This document shows positions 40,026 to 49,803 of a stretch of DNA of 64,000 nt, in pieces; the first letter of the stretch is position 1, and every line of letters begins with the position of its first letter. The DNA is from an uncultured Gammaproteobacteria bacterium (GTDB lineage: Bacteria; Patescibacteriota; Patescibacteriia; Magasanikbacterales; GWA2-37-8). The translations under genes were made by a program, and so were the position numbers. The notes under the pieces were generated by a model, which saw only the letters and a program-made list of their open reading frames with translations, had not been told where the DNA came from and did no database searches. The stretch is taken from the NCBI GenBank assembly GCA_964536615.1, contig CAZHYG010000001.1:70200-134199 (forward strand). Reading direction: 5' to 3'.

Positions 40026-41652
40026 GCCGCATAATGACTGCTCCGGATTTACGCCCCAGTGTTTGCGCGATTTCTTCCACCGGTACGCCGTTAGCAAAAA
40101 ATTCTTTGAGCTCATTGTCTTGTTCTGCGCTCCACGACTTATACGCGTTTGGATGTTTCTCGCGGATTTTTTGATAGGGCTTGCGATGTAAAGCGGCGCT
40201 GCGGTTTTTTTTCTTTCCCGGTGTATTATCTGCACCAGAAACCGGAGCATAATAAACCTCTTCAGCATCTTGTCCATTTGATTCTTGCGGTAAATTATCT
40301 CCGCCGCAGGCAGTCACAAAATTTGTATGCATCTTTTGCAACTCCTCAGCCGAAAGCCGGGCAAATGCTTGCGCGGAAATATCTGAGCTTTCTTTAAACT
40401 CTCTGTCTTTTACAAACACATCTGGATGAACTTGAAACGTCTGTTGATTCCAACCCAATAAGTACAGTCCGTCCAAATTGCGCACCCGAGAAAGCGCCAC
40501 ATACCCTTGGCCATACTCAAACACCGAACTTAGATCCATAACCGCTTCATCCAAACTCATGCCTTGGCTTTTATGCACCGTAATAGCCCAAGCCAAACGC
40601 AAAGGCACTTGCGCAATTGTGGCGCGTGTCTTTCCATTTTCAATAATACTCCATTCCATCGGCTCGGCCACAATCCGCCTGCCGTCGTGCGTGCGAATCA
40701 CCGGGAAACTAACCAGTTTATCAAACTCTTCCACCACCCCAAGCGTACCATTTACAAAACCAGCACCCGGATTATTTTTGGTAAACATTACTTTAGCGCC
40801 AATTTTTAATTCCAGTTTTTCGGGAGACAAACAGCCTTTTTGCAAAGCCGCAACTAGCGCCGTCGGACCATGGCTCACCATATCAAACACTGTGGATTTT
40901 CCGGGAATGGTTGCAAGCATGGCATGATTGGTTTTATCAACATCAATATTGTGCGTATATAATTTTACGGCTTTTTCCGGAATAGCTGAGGCGCTGATTT
41001 TTCGTTTTTGAATAACAGACACATGATCTCCGCTTATCGCATTGCCTCGAATGGCGGAAAGTATTCCCAAAAATACCGAATCGTTTTGGCGGTGCTGTTC
41101 GCGAAGATAACATACAACCGGTTGAGCGCGCTGCCATGAAGAAGCTTGGTATGAAAACTGGGCTTTGACGGTTTCAAGCAACTCCGCTTGTCCTTGTTCA
41201 AAGTTTTCGTTTTTTACTACTGGCGGCAATTGAAAAAAATCACCAACAAAAATAACTTGCAAACCGCCAAACGCATCATTGTTTTGGCGTATATTTCGGC
41301 ACACCGCATCAACCATATCCAGCGTTTCCGGAGGTAGCATGGACACTTCTTCTATAATCAAAACTTTGGCGCGGCGCACTCGCTTGACCACATATTCGGT
41401 AGAAGAAATTTTATCAAGCTCATACGCATCCAAATATTTTTTAATGCCGATACCACTCCATGAATGAATGGTTACACCGCCAATATGCGTGGCTGCAATA
41501 CCGGTGGAAGCAGTGATGGACGGTTCAATATTTCGCGTACGCAAATACGACACATACTGATTGATGGTATATGTTTTTCCTGCTCCCGGTTCTCCGGTTA
41601 AAAATACATTAGCGCCGGTTTTTAAAATTGCCAGCGCTTGTTCTTGGGTCAT
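39991..41652 (-). CDS. PIF1-family helicase with C-terminal HTH
   Basis: FLTGEPGAGKT, ASTGIAA, VGDFFQLPPV, QVPLRLAWAITVHKSQGMSLD, YVALSR. Confidence 0.92.
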   Translation of the reverse strand: MTQEQALAILKTGANVFLTGEPGAGKTYTINQYVSYLRTRNIEPSITASTGIAATHIGGVTIHSWSGIGIKKYLDAYELDKISSTEYVVKRVRRAKVLIIEEVSMLPPETLDMVDAVCRNIRQNNDAFGGLQVIFVGDFFQLPPVVKNENFEQGQAELLETVKAQFSYQASSWQRAQPVVCYLREQHRQNDSVFLGILSAIRGNAISGDHVSVIQKRKISASAIPEKAVKLYTHNIDVDKTNHAMLATIPGKSTVFDMVSHGPTALVAALQKGCLSPEKLELKIGAKVMFTKNNPGAGFVNGTLGVVEEFDKLVSFPVIRTHDGRRIVAEPMEWSIIENGKTRATIAQVPLRLAWAITVHKSQGMSLDEAVMDLSSVFEYGQGYVALSRVRNLDGLYLLGWNQQTFQVHPDVFVKDREFKESSDISAQAFARLSAEELQKMHTNFVTACGGDNLPQESNGQDAEEVYYAPVSGADNTPGKKKNRSAALHRKPYQKIREKHPNAYKSWSAEQDNELKEFFANGVPVEEIAQTLGRKSGAVIMRLNKLGLMGDLN

Positions 41653-41894
41653 AGAGATGATATTAACCGCAACTTTTCTTCTCTGCTTAATTTTTTTATT
41701 TTACTTTCGGCTTTTGACGCGGTTGAACGATTACGAAATTTTTTACTATACACCAATCGCACCGGTCGGCGGGCGCGCGTATATTTCGCGCCCAGATCCG
41801 ATTCGTTATGCTCCTGTAATCGGCGTTCAAGATTTACCGTGATACCAGTATACAATGTTTTGTCCGCGCATTCCAGAATATATACATAATACAT
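41649..41894 (-). CDS. GIY-YIG nuclease (YhbQ/UPF0213-like)
   Basis: YYVYILEC...LYTGIT...RRLQEHN...AKYTRARRPV. Confidence 0.92.
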   Translation of the reverse strand: MYYVYILECADKTLYTGITVNLERRLQEHNESDLGAKYTRARRPVRLVYSKKFRNRSTASKAESKIKKLSREEKLRLISSL

Positions 41895-41895
41895 A

Positions 41896-42288
41896 TTATT
41901 CTATGATTCGCCTGTTGGTTTTAATCTGCGAACGCTTACGTTTTGATTCCATACGTTTTACTTTAGAGCTCCAGGTGGGCTTGGTGGCGCGGCGAATTTT
42001 AGGCACATGCATCGCTTCGTCTACCAACGCTTGCAACCTGGCTATAGCCAATTCCTTGTTTTGAGCTTGCGACCGTTCTTCTTCGGAAAAAACCACCAAT
42101 TCATCTTGGTTATTTATTCGGTTTGCCAGCTTGGCTCTAATGCGATTTTTTTCATCATCGGTAAGCACAGTTGAGTTTTCTATAAACCAATGCACAAAAA
42201 CTTTCGTGGATGTTTTATTCACGTTCTGACCTCCTTTACCCGATGACCGGGCAAAAGTAATAACAAGTTCGTCTTCAGGAATTATCAT
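41896..42288 (-). CDS. arfB: alternative ribosome rescue factor ArfB
   Basis: SSGKGGQNVNK, ERSQAQNK, RRATKPT basic tail; alternative ATG at 42309. Confidence 0.92.
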   Translation of the reverse strand: MIIPEDELVITFARSSGKGGQNVNKTSTKVFVHWFIENSTVLTDDEKNRIRAKLANRINNQDELVVFSEEERSQAQNKELAIARLQALVDEAMHVPKIRRATKPTWSSKVKRMESKRKRSQIKTNRRIIE

Positions 42289-42292
42289 ACTA

Positions 42293-42919
42293 TTATGTTC
42301 GCGGATCATTTTTTTTCCATTCTATAAGTTTGCCGGCGCGGCGTTCCATAGCATCGGCCAAACGAATATACCTGGCATTTTGTTTTGGAAACATGCGGCT
42401 ATGCGGCGCTATATCAACTGCTTCAGCCAACTGATCCAAATCGGTTTCGGCGGTTATCCAGTCTGTTCCCCAAGTTCGCAAATTAAACGGTTTGGTGGAA
42501 TGGCTTACCAGCGTTTTCTTGCCATCGCTCACTCGCCAATACTCATGAAAATATGACATAGCCAGTTCGCGCAGAGTTTTGTATACCGGATCGCGATAAC
42601 GCAGTGTGGCATGGTTGGTTTTACTTATCGCTCCCCAACAGCCATTGCGCTTATACAAGGCCACCACATGATCATCGTCTCCTTTATTTTTAAAATCCAT
42701 TAAAAGCGGCAATTCGCCGTTTAGCCACAAAGCCGTAGCCGCGAACAAAGCACCTTCAAAACAATGCATTTTTTTGGCGCGCAACACTCGGCGCGGAGAC
42801 ATGTACGTCTCCCCTTTCTTCTCCCAATTTACCGGCATCGTATCCAAAAAATCCTGGATTTTTATAGGGGTGTTGAGTTTTTTAAATATTTTTAGTTCTT
42901 GTTTGGTGAGGCCGAACAT
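42293..42919 (-). CDS. conserved hypothetical protein, possible transglutaminase/papain-like Cys-His fold
   Basis: HCFEGALFAA and DHVVALY motifs. Confidence 0.6.
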   Translation of the reverse strand: MFGLTKQELKIFKKLNTPIKIQDFLDTMPVNWEKKGETYMSPRRVLRAKKMHCFEGALFAATALWLNGELPLLMDFKNKGDDDHVVALYKRNGCWGAISKTNHATLRYRDPVYKTLRELAMSYFHEYWRVSDGKKTLVSHSTKPFNLRTWGTDWITAETDLDQLAEAVDIAPHSRMFPKQNARYIRLADAMERRAGKLIEWKKNDPRT

Positions 42920-42927
42920 GGTTTATA

Positions 42928-43224
42928 TTATTTTCTTAATTTCTTTTCCCAATATCGTTCAATATATATTTTTTGCCACCAAAACTTACCTTGCCAAAAA
43001 CCAAATAAAACGCCGGCCATAAATAACCCTACTCGTAAAACAGGATGCAAAGCACAACCACCATACCAAGCAATCACTCTATTATTTTCGCCTGCCCAAC
43101 TTAGATATTTAAACTCTATAAACGCATGGACCAAAAAACTTAAGAGGGTACCTAACACTACCCAAGAAATAATATAAACTATTTTTTTGGTTTTGGTTGG
43201 TGTGAGAGAGGCGGATAAAAACAC
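42928..43224 (-). CDS. hypothetical membrane protein
   Basis: Two TM segments, GTG start, fills the gap between co-oriented genes. Confidence 0.6.
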   Translation of the reverse strand: MFLSASLTPTKTKKIVYIISWVVLGTLLSFLVHAFIEFKYLSWAGENNRVIAWYGGCALHPVLRVGLFMAGVLFGFWQGKFWWQKIYIERYWEKKLRK

Positions 43225-43233
43225 AGATAAAAT

Positions 43234-43761
43234 TTAGAGGCCTTTGGGTACTGGCAATCCTAATTTTTGAAGCGGCAGGTATTTAAAGTAATATTGGCAA
43301 CCCACAGAAATTATATAATCCAGCACATCTTTATACTCTGGTTTTTTAAACCAGTCACTTAATATATAAATATATTCAACTTCTATATTAAGCGGCGCCA
43401 TTAGCTTGGCATATTGTTTCCGCTTAAAATCGCATGTTTGCAATTTTTCATCAACAGAACCTGCTACTTTTTGAAACTTCATCTCAATAATAAAAAGAGT
43501 ATTATTCACTATTACATAAAGCGCTTCGTCAGGTAGCAATTTTTTTGATAAATGTTTCCGGTAGTCAACACCTTTTGATTCTAAAAATTTATAAAGAGAA
43601 TTTTTTCTATAACTTTGCGCAACTTCTTTCTTTTCGTAAAAAATAACACTGCCTTTGACCGTATATCCTTTTTGTTTTTTAAGTAATTCTAAAATATCTC
43701 CTTCTCGTTCAAAATTTAAACCTGTTATAGTATTTCCGCCGCCAAAACCTTTTTCTTTCAT
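43234..43761 (-). CDS. small PD-(D/E)XK nuclease, putative restriction endonuclease
   Basis: LLPDEA...IIEMKFQ...GSVDEKL; begins 1 nt after the methyltransferase stop. Confidence 0.7.
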   Translation of the reverse strand: MKEKGFGGGNTITGLNFEREGDILELLKKQKGYTVKGSVIFYEKKEVAQSYRKNSLYKFLESKGVDYRKHLSKKLLPDEALYVIVNNTLFIIEMKFQKVAGSVDEKLQTCDFKRKQYAKLMAPLNIEVEYIYILSDWFKKPEYKDVLDYIISVGCQYYFKYLPLQKLGLPVPKGL

Positions 43762-43762
43762 A

Positions 43763-44602
43763 TTATTTTTTATTATTAATTTTATTTTTTAAATTTTTAT
43801 CTAACTCCTCAAATCTCTTAATCGAGAGGTCTAGATATTTTTTTTCCAGATCAATACCAATAAAATTACGTCCAAATAAATGAGACGCAATACCTGTTGT
43901 GGAACTACCTGCAAACGGATCTAGCACTGTATCGCCTTTATTTGTACTAGCAAGAATAATTCTCTTAAGTAAATCTTCTGGTTTTTGGGTTGGATGCTTG
44001 CCGAATTTCTTTTCAACTGGTTTTGGAGTACCCATAGACCAAACCGAACGCATCTGCAAACCAGGTTTTTTTAAGGCATCCTCTGGCCAAACACCATTTT
44101 TCATCAAATCATAATTAAAGATATGCTTGGCTTTCTTATCTTTTCTCGCCCAAATAATTGTTTCATGGCTCGCAGTAAAGAAACGACAACTTAAATTTGG
44201 CGAAGCGTTTGGCTTGAACCAAGCAATGTCATTGAGCACATGAAACCCAGCAACCTGCAATGCAAATCCACATTGATAGATGGAATGATAAGTTCCGCTA
44301 ATCCAAATCGTACCGCTTGGTTTTAACACTCTTCTAACCGCCTCTATCCATTTAACATGAAAATCAAAATCTTCTTTTACACCCTTGCTTTTATCCCAAT
44401 CACCCTTATTTACACTGACCATTTTACCAGCATGAACAGTAAAACCACCGTTAGAGAGCATGTAAGGAGGATCGGCAAATACCATATCTATAGAATTTTC
44501 AGGAATTTGCTGTAAAATATTTAAACAATTCTCTTTATAGAGAACAAAATTATCCTTTAAAAAATATGGCTTATCTTTTATTTTAGCTAAAATTTTTGAC
44601 AT
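43763..44602 (-). CDS. beta-class adenine DNA methyltransferase, DpnA-like
   Basis: FADPPYMLSNGG, VSVNKGDWDK, PNLSCRFFT, HPTQKP, LDPFAGSSTT. Confidence 0.92.
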   Translation of the reverse strand: MSKILAKIKDKPYFLKDNFVLYKENCLNILQQIPENSIDMVFADPPYMLSNGGFTVHAGKMVSVNKGDWDKSKGVKEDFDFHVKWIEAVRRVLKPSGTIWISGTYHSIYQCGFALQVAGFHVLNDIAWFKPNASPNLSCRFFTASHETIIWARKDKKAKHIFNYDLMKNGVWPEDALKKPGLQMRSVWSMGTPKPVEKKFGKHPTQKPEDLLKRIILASTNKGDTVLDPFAGSSTTGIASHLFGRNFIGIDLEKKYLDLSIKRFEELDKNLKNKINNKK

Positions 44603-44675
44603 ATCTATGTAATTTATGAGCCAGAATCAACTTTACCTTTTTCTAGAATATTTTACAATAACCCAGATAAAATTT

Positions 44676-45023
44676 CTATAAATTCGTATACTTAACATTC
44701 TTCCCTTTAGATTTTTCTACTGGATACTTTAATTCTGTTTTATCAATTTTTTTGTTTGCAGCTTCAAGCAAATTTATATCAAAATCATTTGCTATAAGAA
44801 GCAAAAAATACAGGACATCGCCTAGCTCATCCCCAATTTCTTCTTTATGAGTCTGTATATATTCTTTTAACTGCTCATCGGTTTTCCATAAAAAATGCTC
44901 AGCGACCTCTCCGGCTTCTAAAGTAAGGCCAATAGCCAAATCTTTTGGCGTATGAAACTGCTTCCAATCTCGCGCATCACGAAAGGCAATTATTTTCTTC
45001 TGTAATTCTTCTAAACTTATCAT
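44676..45023 (-). CDS. MazG-like nucleotide pyrophosphohydrolase
   Basis: RDWKQFHTPKDLA, EAGEVAE, DELGDV, KYPVEK. Confidence 0.9.
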   Translation of the reverse strand: MISLEELQKKIIAFRDARDWKQFHTPKDLAIGLTLEAGEVAEHFLWKTDEQLKEYIQTHKEEIGDELGDVLYFLLLIANDFDINLLEAANKKIDKTELKYPVEKSKGKNVKYTNL

Positions 45024-45027
45024 ACGA

Positions 45028-45468
45028 TTATTTAACTTTAACTAAACTGTTATTTACAACCTGAAAATAACTGGACATGCCTACTGACGGCTTGTTTGTC
45101 ATAGGTTCGCCTGGTCTACGATCTGCATAATTTACAATGATCATACCATCTTTAAATTCTGTTGTTTGCGGGGCAATTCTGTCGCCCAACAATATAGCAT
45201 CCAGCTCTTTAAACCCTTTTCCATCTGCCAATTTGGCAGTTACATAATAAAAAGTTCCACTACCGCCACCATCTTCGGTAAATAGATATGCCACATCTTC
45301 TTTATCATCTCCATTAAAATCTCCTTTTACTTCATTGCCAAAATAACGAGCTCCAGATTTAACACTTGTACTATCGCTGGCGAAGTTAAACTTAAACATT
45401 ACCGCTACAGCCACCAAAGAAACAAGCGGCAAAACGATAACACCAATTATAATTAATATTTTTTTCAT
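45028..45468 (-). CDS. hypothetical membrane-anchored protein
   Basis: N-terminal TM, GDFNGDDKED, GGSGTFYY, LGDRIAPQ. Confidence 0.75.
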   Translation of the reverse strand: MKKILIIIGVIVLPLVSLVAVAVMFKFNFASDSTSVKSGARYFGNEVKGDFNGDDKEDVAYLFTEDGGGSGTFYYVTAKLADGKGFKELDAILLGDRIAPQTTEFKDGMIIVNYADRRPGEPMTNKPSVGMSSYFQVVNNSLVKVK

Positions 45469-45472
45469 AAAA

Positions 45473-46195
45473 TTATAAATTATGTTTTTTTACAATGATT
45501 TCTTTCGCATTTTTGTATTTTTCTACACTCTTGGTTTTCCACGGCAATTTATAAACAAAACTTGGTAGCCAATTGCTTATACCTACCCTACCACCCACTA
45601 TCTTTTTATACAAAATTTCGGGAACAAACACACCTGTCTTCCCCTGCTCCAGCATAGACAACCACAAATCCCAATCTTGAAAACGTTTTATCTTTTCATC
45701 AAACCCAACAAAATCTTTGCGGCGAATAAGCGAAGTGGTATCTATAAAATTTACCTGTTTTAAAGCATCGGCATCAAAGGCGCGGCTTTGCATGGTTTTC
45801 CAACCAAACTTAAATTTGCTATACGCATACGACGCTTGGCTGTTGTTTTGCAGCGCGCTATACATTTTTTGCAGCATGTCCGGTTCGGCCAATGTGTCGG
45901 CATCCCAAAATATGACATACTCTCCTTTGGCAGCCGCAAACCCTTTATTTCTGGCTGCCGGCGCGCCGCTATTTTCTTGAGAAAGAATAGACAGCAAACT
46001 ACCTGCGCCAATACAATTTTTTTCTGTAAGCTGCAAGCACTCGTTAACCACTTCATTAAAATTATCAGTACTACCGTCGTTAACCACAATTATTTCCAGT
46101 GGACGGTATGTCTGGCGAAAAATAGCTTCAATTGAACTCTTGAGTGTATGCGCATGGTTGTATACGGGAATAATAACGCTAATGAGCGGCTGCAT
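45473..46195 (-). CDS. glycosyltransferase family 2
   Basis: ISVIIPVYN, VNDGSTD, DAD, QDWDLW. Confidence 0.93.
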   Translation of the reverse strand: MQPLISVIIPVYNHAHTLKSSIEAIFRQTYRPLEIIVVNDGSTDNFNEVVNECLQLTEKNCIGAGSLLSILSQENSGAPAARNKGFAAAKGEYVIFWDADTLAEPDMLQKMYSALQNNSQASYAYSKFKFGWKTMQSRAFDADALKQVNFIDTTSLIRRKDFVGFDEKIKRFQDWDLWLSMLEQGKTGVFVPEILYKKIVGGRVGISNWLPSFVYKLPWKTKSVEKYKNAKEIIVKKHNL

Positions 46196-46198
46196 ATA

Positions 46199-47311
46199 TT
46201 ACATTAATTTTTCTAATTGTTGCTCCCAAGTGAATTCTTTTGACACTCGTTCTTTTCCGGCTGCACCCATCTTTTTGGCATATTCTGTTTCTTTCAGCAG
46301 ATTGGCAACAGCCGAAACAATACTTTGATCTTGATACAAATCCACCACCAAACCGGTAACCATATTTTCTACAGCCTCCTCTACACCACCGGAACGCCCA
46401 GCCACAGACGGAATGCCCGACGCGGCTGCTTCCACAAATGATGTACCCCACGCTTCCTGCATAGTTTCATCCGGATGCGTCAGCAACACAAACAAATCCG
46501 CAATTTGATAAAACTTTGGCAGCTGCGCGTATGGAACCTGGCCGATAAACCGAGTAACATTTTGCAGATAATTTTTTTGGATAGAGGTAATGATTTCGTT
46601 TTTCTTTGGACCATCGCCAATAATGAGCCAAACCAAATTTGGCACTTTTTCCAAAATCTTCGGCAACAGCCGAATAAGGTGCGGAAAACCCTTGCCGTCG
46701 CTCATGCGCGCTACCGTAATAATTACTTTCTTTCCTTCCAACGCAAGCTGTGATTTTAATTTTTTTAACTCTGCGGCCGGCGCCGGTTCCAAAAATATTG
46801 CGTCGGGACATGGATATATCACGGTTGTTTTGTGAGCCAAATCTTCAAAATTAATTTCAAATTGATGCTGCAAAAACTTGCTGTTTACCACTATTTTTTC
46901 AGCTTCGGCGCAGACTTTTCTTATTTTATTTTTTTTATGCTTTACTCCCGCCAGCAAATCGGTGCCATGAAAAAATACCGTATACGGAATATGTTTTAAT
47001 TTTTTTATAATATACGCCACATACCCGCACGGCAGCGCGTGGTGAATATAGATGCGTTCAATGCGTTCTTTTTTTACAATATCAAGCACCTGCCACATCA
47101 AACGAATCCAGCGGGGCCAAATAAATGAAAAATATGGAAGAGCGCGAATGGTTTTCCATGGCTTTTTTTTATCAAACTCTTCTCCCCCAGGCATTTTGGG
47201 AGCATAGACAATAACTTCATCGGCAGGCATGTGCTTGGCCAGATTATATGTATACGAAGCCACGCCGCCAATCTGCGGAGGATATTCAAGAGTAATAATA
47301 AGCGTCTTCAT
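46199..47311 (-). CDS. glycosyltransferase family 4
   Basis: PPQIGG, EAWGTSFVEAAASGIP. Confidence 0.93.
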   Translation of the reverse strand: MKTLIITLEYPPQIGGVASYTYNLAKHMPADEVIVYAPKMPGGEEFDKKKPWKTIRALPYFSFIWPRWIRLMWQVLDIVKKERIERIYIHHALPCGYVAYIIKKLKHIPYTVFFHGTDLLAGVKHKKNKIRKVCAEAEKIVVNSKFLQHQFEINFEDLAHKTTVIYPCPDAIFLEPAPAAELKKLKSQLALEGKKVIITVARMSDGKGFPHLIRLLPKILEKVPNLVWLIIGDGPKKNEIITSIQKNYLQNVTRFIGQVPYAQLPKFYQIADLFVLLTHPDETMQEAWGTSFVEAAASGIPSVAGRSGGVEEAVENMVTGLVVDLYQDQSIVSAVANLLKETEYAKKMGAAGKERVSKEFTWEQQLEKLM

Positions 47312-47317
47312 AGGATA

Positions 47318-48754
47318 TTATTTTAACAGCCGCACTTTGCGTAAAACAAGTTTCACGACTTCCACACTCAATACACGTGTTGCAAACAGCAAAGCCACAT
47401 ACAACGCGCCTGAAATGGCAATAACCAATATGTAGTGTAATTTAAATGACAGTCCGTACGCAACCAGCGCCATGCCTACAGCCGGCCAAAGAGTTTGGTT
47501 CAAATACAACCCAATGCGAGACATGTCTATAGACACAGATCGAACGGAAAAATATAGCCCCGCGAAACATAACAGCGTATTGCTGCACAATGCCGCAATC
47601 GCTGCCCCCACAATGCCAAACCGAGGCAAAAGCAATAAGTTTAAGATAATATTAAACACTAGAACAACTGTAATTAAACTGGTTTGAGTTTTTTGATTAT
47701 TGGTAGCGTTTAACAGCGCGCCTGTAATAAGCGCCAAAAATCCAAAGATAAGGCTGCCGAGCAACAGACGCAACGGCACAATCGATGGCGCATACTGAGA
47801 GCCAAACACATGAATAATTACCGGCTGTGCAACTGCCATCAAGCCAAGCGCCAATGGAAATACAATGGCAAACAAATATCGCCACGATTTTTCAAATAAC
47901 GGACCAATGCTGGCCTTGTCTTTTAAAAATAACGAACTAAATACCGGATACACACTGGCAGACAGCGCTACGGGAATAAACTGAAATGCAAACGTAATTT
48001 TATATGGCACACTCCACCACCCCAACTCTTTGGCAGTGAGCATTTTAGACATAAGCAGCGAATCACTATATGCGTACAATCGCCCAATAATACCGGCCAT
48101 AGCAAACGGCACAGCTGTGGCTAGAAAAATTTTAAATACTTCTTTGTTCCAAATAAACTGAATGGTAATTCCGTATACTCGTTTAAGAAACCTGCTCATG
48201 TATACCGTAGTAAGAAAGCTCGGTATGGTGTAGGCAATAATAAGCCAAACAAGCGGCCAATGATTGAGCAGCGCCAGCGTACCAATAATTAACGTGGTAA
48301 ACTGCGAAATGATAACTGTTGCGGATTCGTATATTAAATTTTTTCGCGCGCGAAAGATACTGTTAAAAGCAGTGGTTAAGTTGTCAAAAAACATGGTTAA
48401 GCCAGAAATATAGATAAGCAGTTTTGTTTCCTGCGGATATCGCAATATATATGAAAAAAACACAACGAGCGCATACGCCCCCACCCCAAACAAAACTTTG
48501 GTCCAAAATACGGTATTAAAATAACTTTGCGCTCTATCGGGAAAACGGGCTGTTTCTCGGGTAAGCACCGGCCCCATGCCAAAATCGGCCACCACCGTAA
48601 ATATGGTAGTAAATGTAATGGCAAAAAAATACACGCCCGTATGCTCCACCTGAATCATGCGAGCCACGAAAATAAAATAAAAGAAAGAAATCACCTTCTG
48701 GAGCACAGAGGCGATCGTAAGAAACGAGGTGTTTTGAGCGACAGTGTAGGACAT
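47318..48754 (-). CDS. Wzx/MOP-family polysaccharide flippase
   Basis: About 14 TM; VAQNT, DFGM, LIPRFGIVGAA-type motif (LLPRFGIVGAA). Confidence 0.9.
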   Translation of the reverse strand: MSYTVAQNTSFLTIASVLQKVISFFYFIFVARMIQVEHTGVYFFAITFTTIFTVVADFGMGPVLTRETARFPDRAQSYFNTVFWTKVLFGVGAYALVVFFSYILRYPQETKLLIYISGLTMFFDNLTTAFNSIFRARKNLIYESATVIISQFTTLIIGTLALLNHWPLVWLIIAYTIPSFLTTVYMSRFLKRVYGITIQFIWNKEVFKIFLATAVPFAMAGIIGRLYAYSDSLLMSKMLTAKELGWWSVPYKITFAFQFIPVALSASVYPVFSSLFLKDKASIGPLFEKSWRYLFAIVFPLALGLMAVAQPVIIHVFGSQYAPSIVPLRLLLGSLIFGFLALITGALLNATNNQKTQTSLITVVLVFNIILNLLLLPRFGIVGAAIAALCSNTLLCFAGLYFSVRSVSIDMSRIGLYLNQTLWPAVGMALVAYGLSFKLHYILVIAISGALYVALLFATRVLSVEVVKLVLRKVRLLK

Positions 48755-48791
48755 AGATACAGTCTGTATTTTACCTTATAAAAGAAAACAA

Positions 48792-48821
48792 AAAAAGACC
48801 CTGCTATCACGAGGTCTTTTT
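48792..48821 (-). terminator. intrinsic terminator after the ORFan
   Basis: AAAAAGACC...GGTCTTTTT. Confidence 0.7.
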
Positions 48822-48825
48822 AAGC

Positions 48826-49257
48826 TTAATCGACTGGAAACTTTGTTAAAATTTCGGCGTTAAGAGCTGTAAACTCATCCGGCACTTTCTGCTCAAATTG
48901 GCTAAGTAGAAATATTCCTTCATCAATAAAACCGCGTGCGCCATGAATTTTTCCAAACCCAAGCGCCTTCTGAGCTGCGTTAAAATAGTCCTGTGCCAAT
49001 TCTTCAATTTTTTCAAAGATTTTACTATATTTTTCATCTACACCCGTGCGAATTTTAAGCGGTGATTTTTTGTTTTTCTTTGCATCAAAACTAAATAGAC
49101 CACACGGCGCGCGAGGTTTTGGAGCAATATCAAAAGAATCGATTGGCAAAACGGAAGAATTGGCAATTTCTTCCATAAGTTGATTATGTTTTTTATCCAA
49201 ATATTCTCTTAGGCCAACAAGCTCTATTTCTGGTTGATTATTTAACATTTCACTCAT
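48826..49257 (-). CDS. hypothetical protein
   Basis: ATG at 49257 with its own promoter (TTGACT-17-TACCAT, 49268-49296) and terminator. Confidence 0.65.
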   Translation of the reverse strand: MSEMLNNQPEIELVGLREYLDKKHNQLMEEIANSSVLPIDSFDIAPKPRAPCGLFSFDAKKNKKSPLKIRTGVDEKYSKIFEKIEELAQDYFNAAQKALGFGKIHGARGFIDEGIFLLSQFEQKVPDEFTALNAEILTKFPVD

Positions 49258-49307
49258 AGTAACAACTATGGTAACAAGCTGTGAAAGCAAAGTCAAATAC
49301 AAAAAAC

Positions 49308-49336
49308 AAAAAGACCCTTGCAACAAGGGTCTTTTT
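49308..49336 (-). terminator. intrinsic terminator of the ribosomal protein operon (after rpsI)
   Basis: AAAAAGACCCTTG-CAA-CAAGGGTCTTTTT perfect stem. Confidence 0.85.
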
Positions 49337-49349
49337 TGAAGAAATACGA

Positions 49350-49778
49350 TTAACGTTTTGACCACTGTGGAGCGCGACGAGCAGATTTCAAACCTGGCTT
49401 CTTTCTTTCTTTTACTCTGGCGTCTCTGGTCAAATAACCTTGAGTTTTAAGAGTTTTCTTGAAGTCTTCATTCCAAAGCACCAAAGCTCTGGCAATTCCG
49501 TGGCGTACGGCAACGGCTTGGCCTTTCTTGCCACCACCGCTGATTTTTGCGGAAATATCAAAAGTTTTTTCCTTGCCCAACGCTTTAAGAGGGGCAGTTA
49601 CCAAGTGCTGCCATTCAAAATATGGGAAATACTCTTCGTATTTTTTACCGTTAACGGTAATAACACCTGTTCCTGGTTTAACCTGCACTCTGGCAGAAGC
49701 GGTTTTGCGTCTTCCGACAGAACGAGACATCTCGCCCTTATCTTGGACTTTTTCTTTTTTATGAGTAATCTTTGTCAT
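49350..49778 (-). CDS. rpsI: 30S ribosomal protein S9
   Basis: GRRKTA, GGGKKGQA, ERKKPG, QWSKR. Confidence 0.98.
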   Translation of the reverse strand: MTKITHKKEKVQDKGEMSRSVGRRKTASARVQVKPGTGVITVNGKKYEEYFPYFEWQHLVTAPLKALGKEKTFDISAKISGGGKKGQAVAVRHGIARALVLWNEDFKKTLKTQGYLTRDARVKERKKPGLKSARRAPQWSKR

Positions 49779-49803
49779 AAATAATTAAATTAACATCTAC
49801 AGC

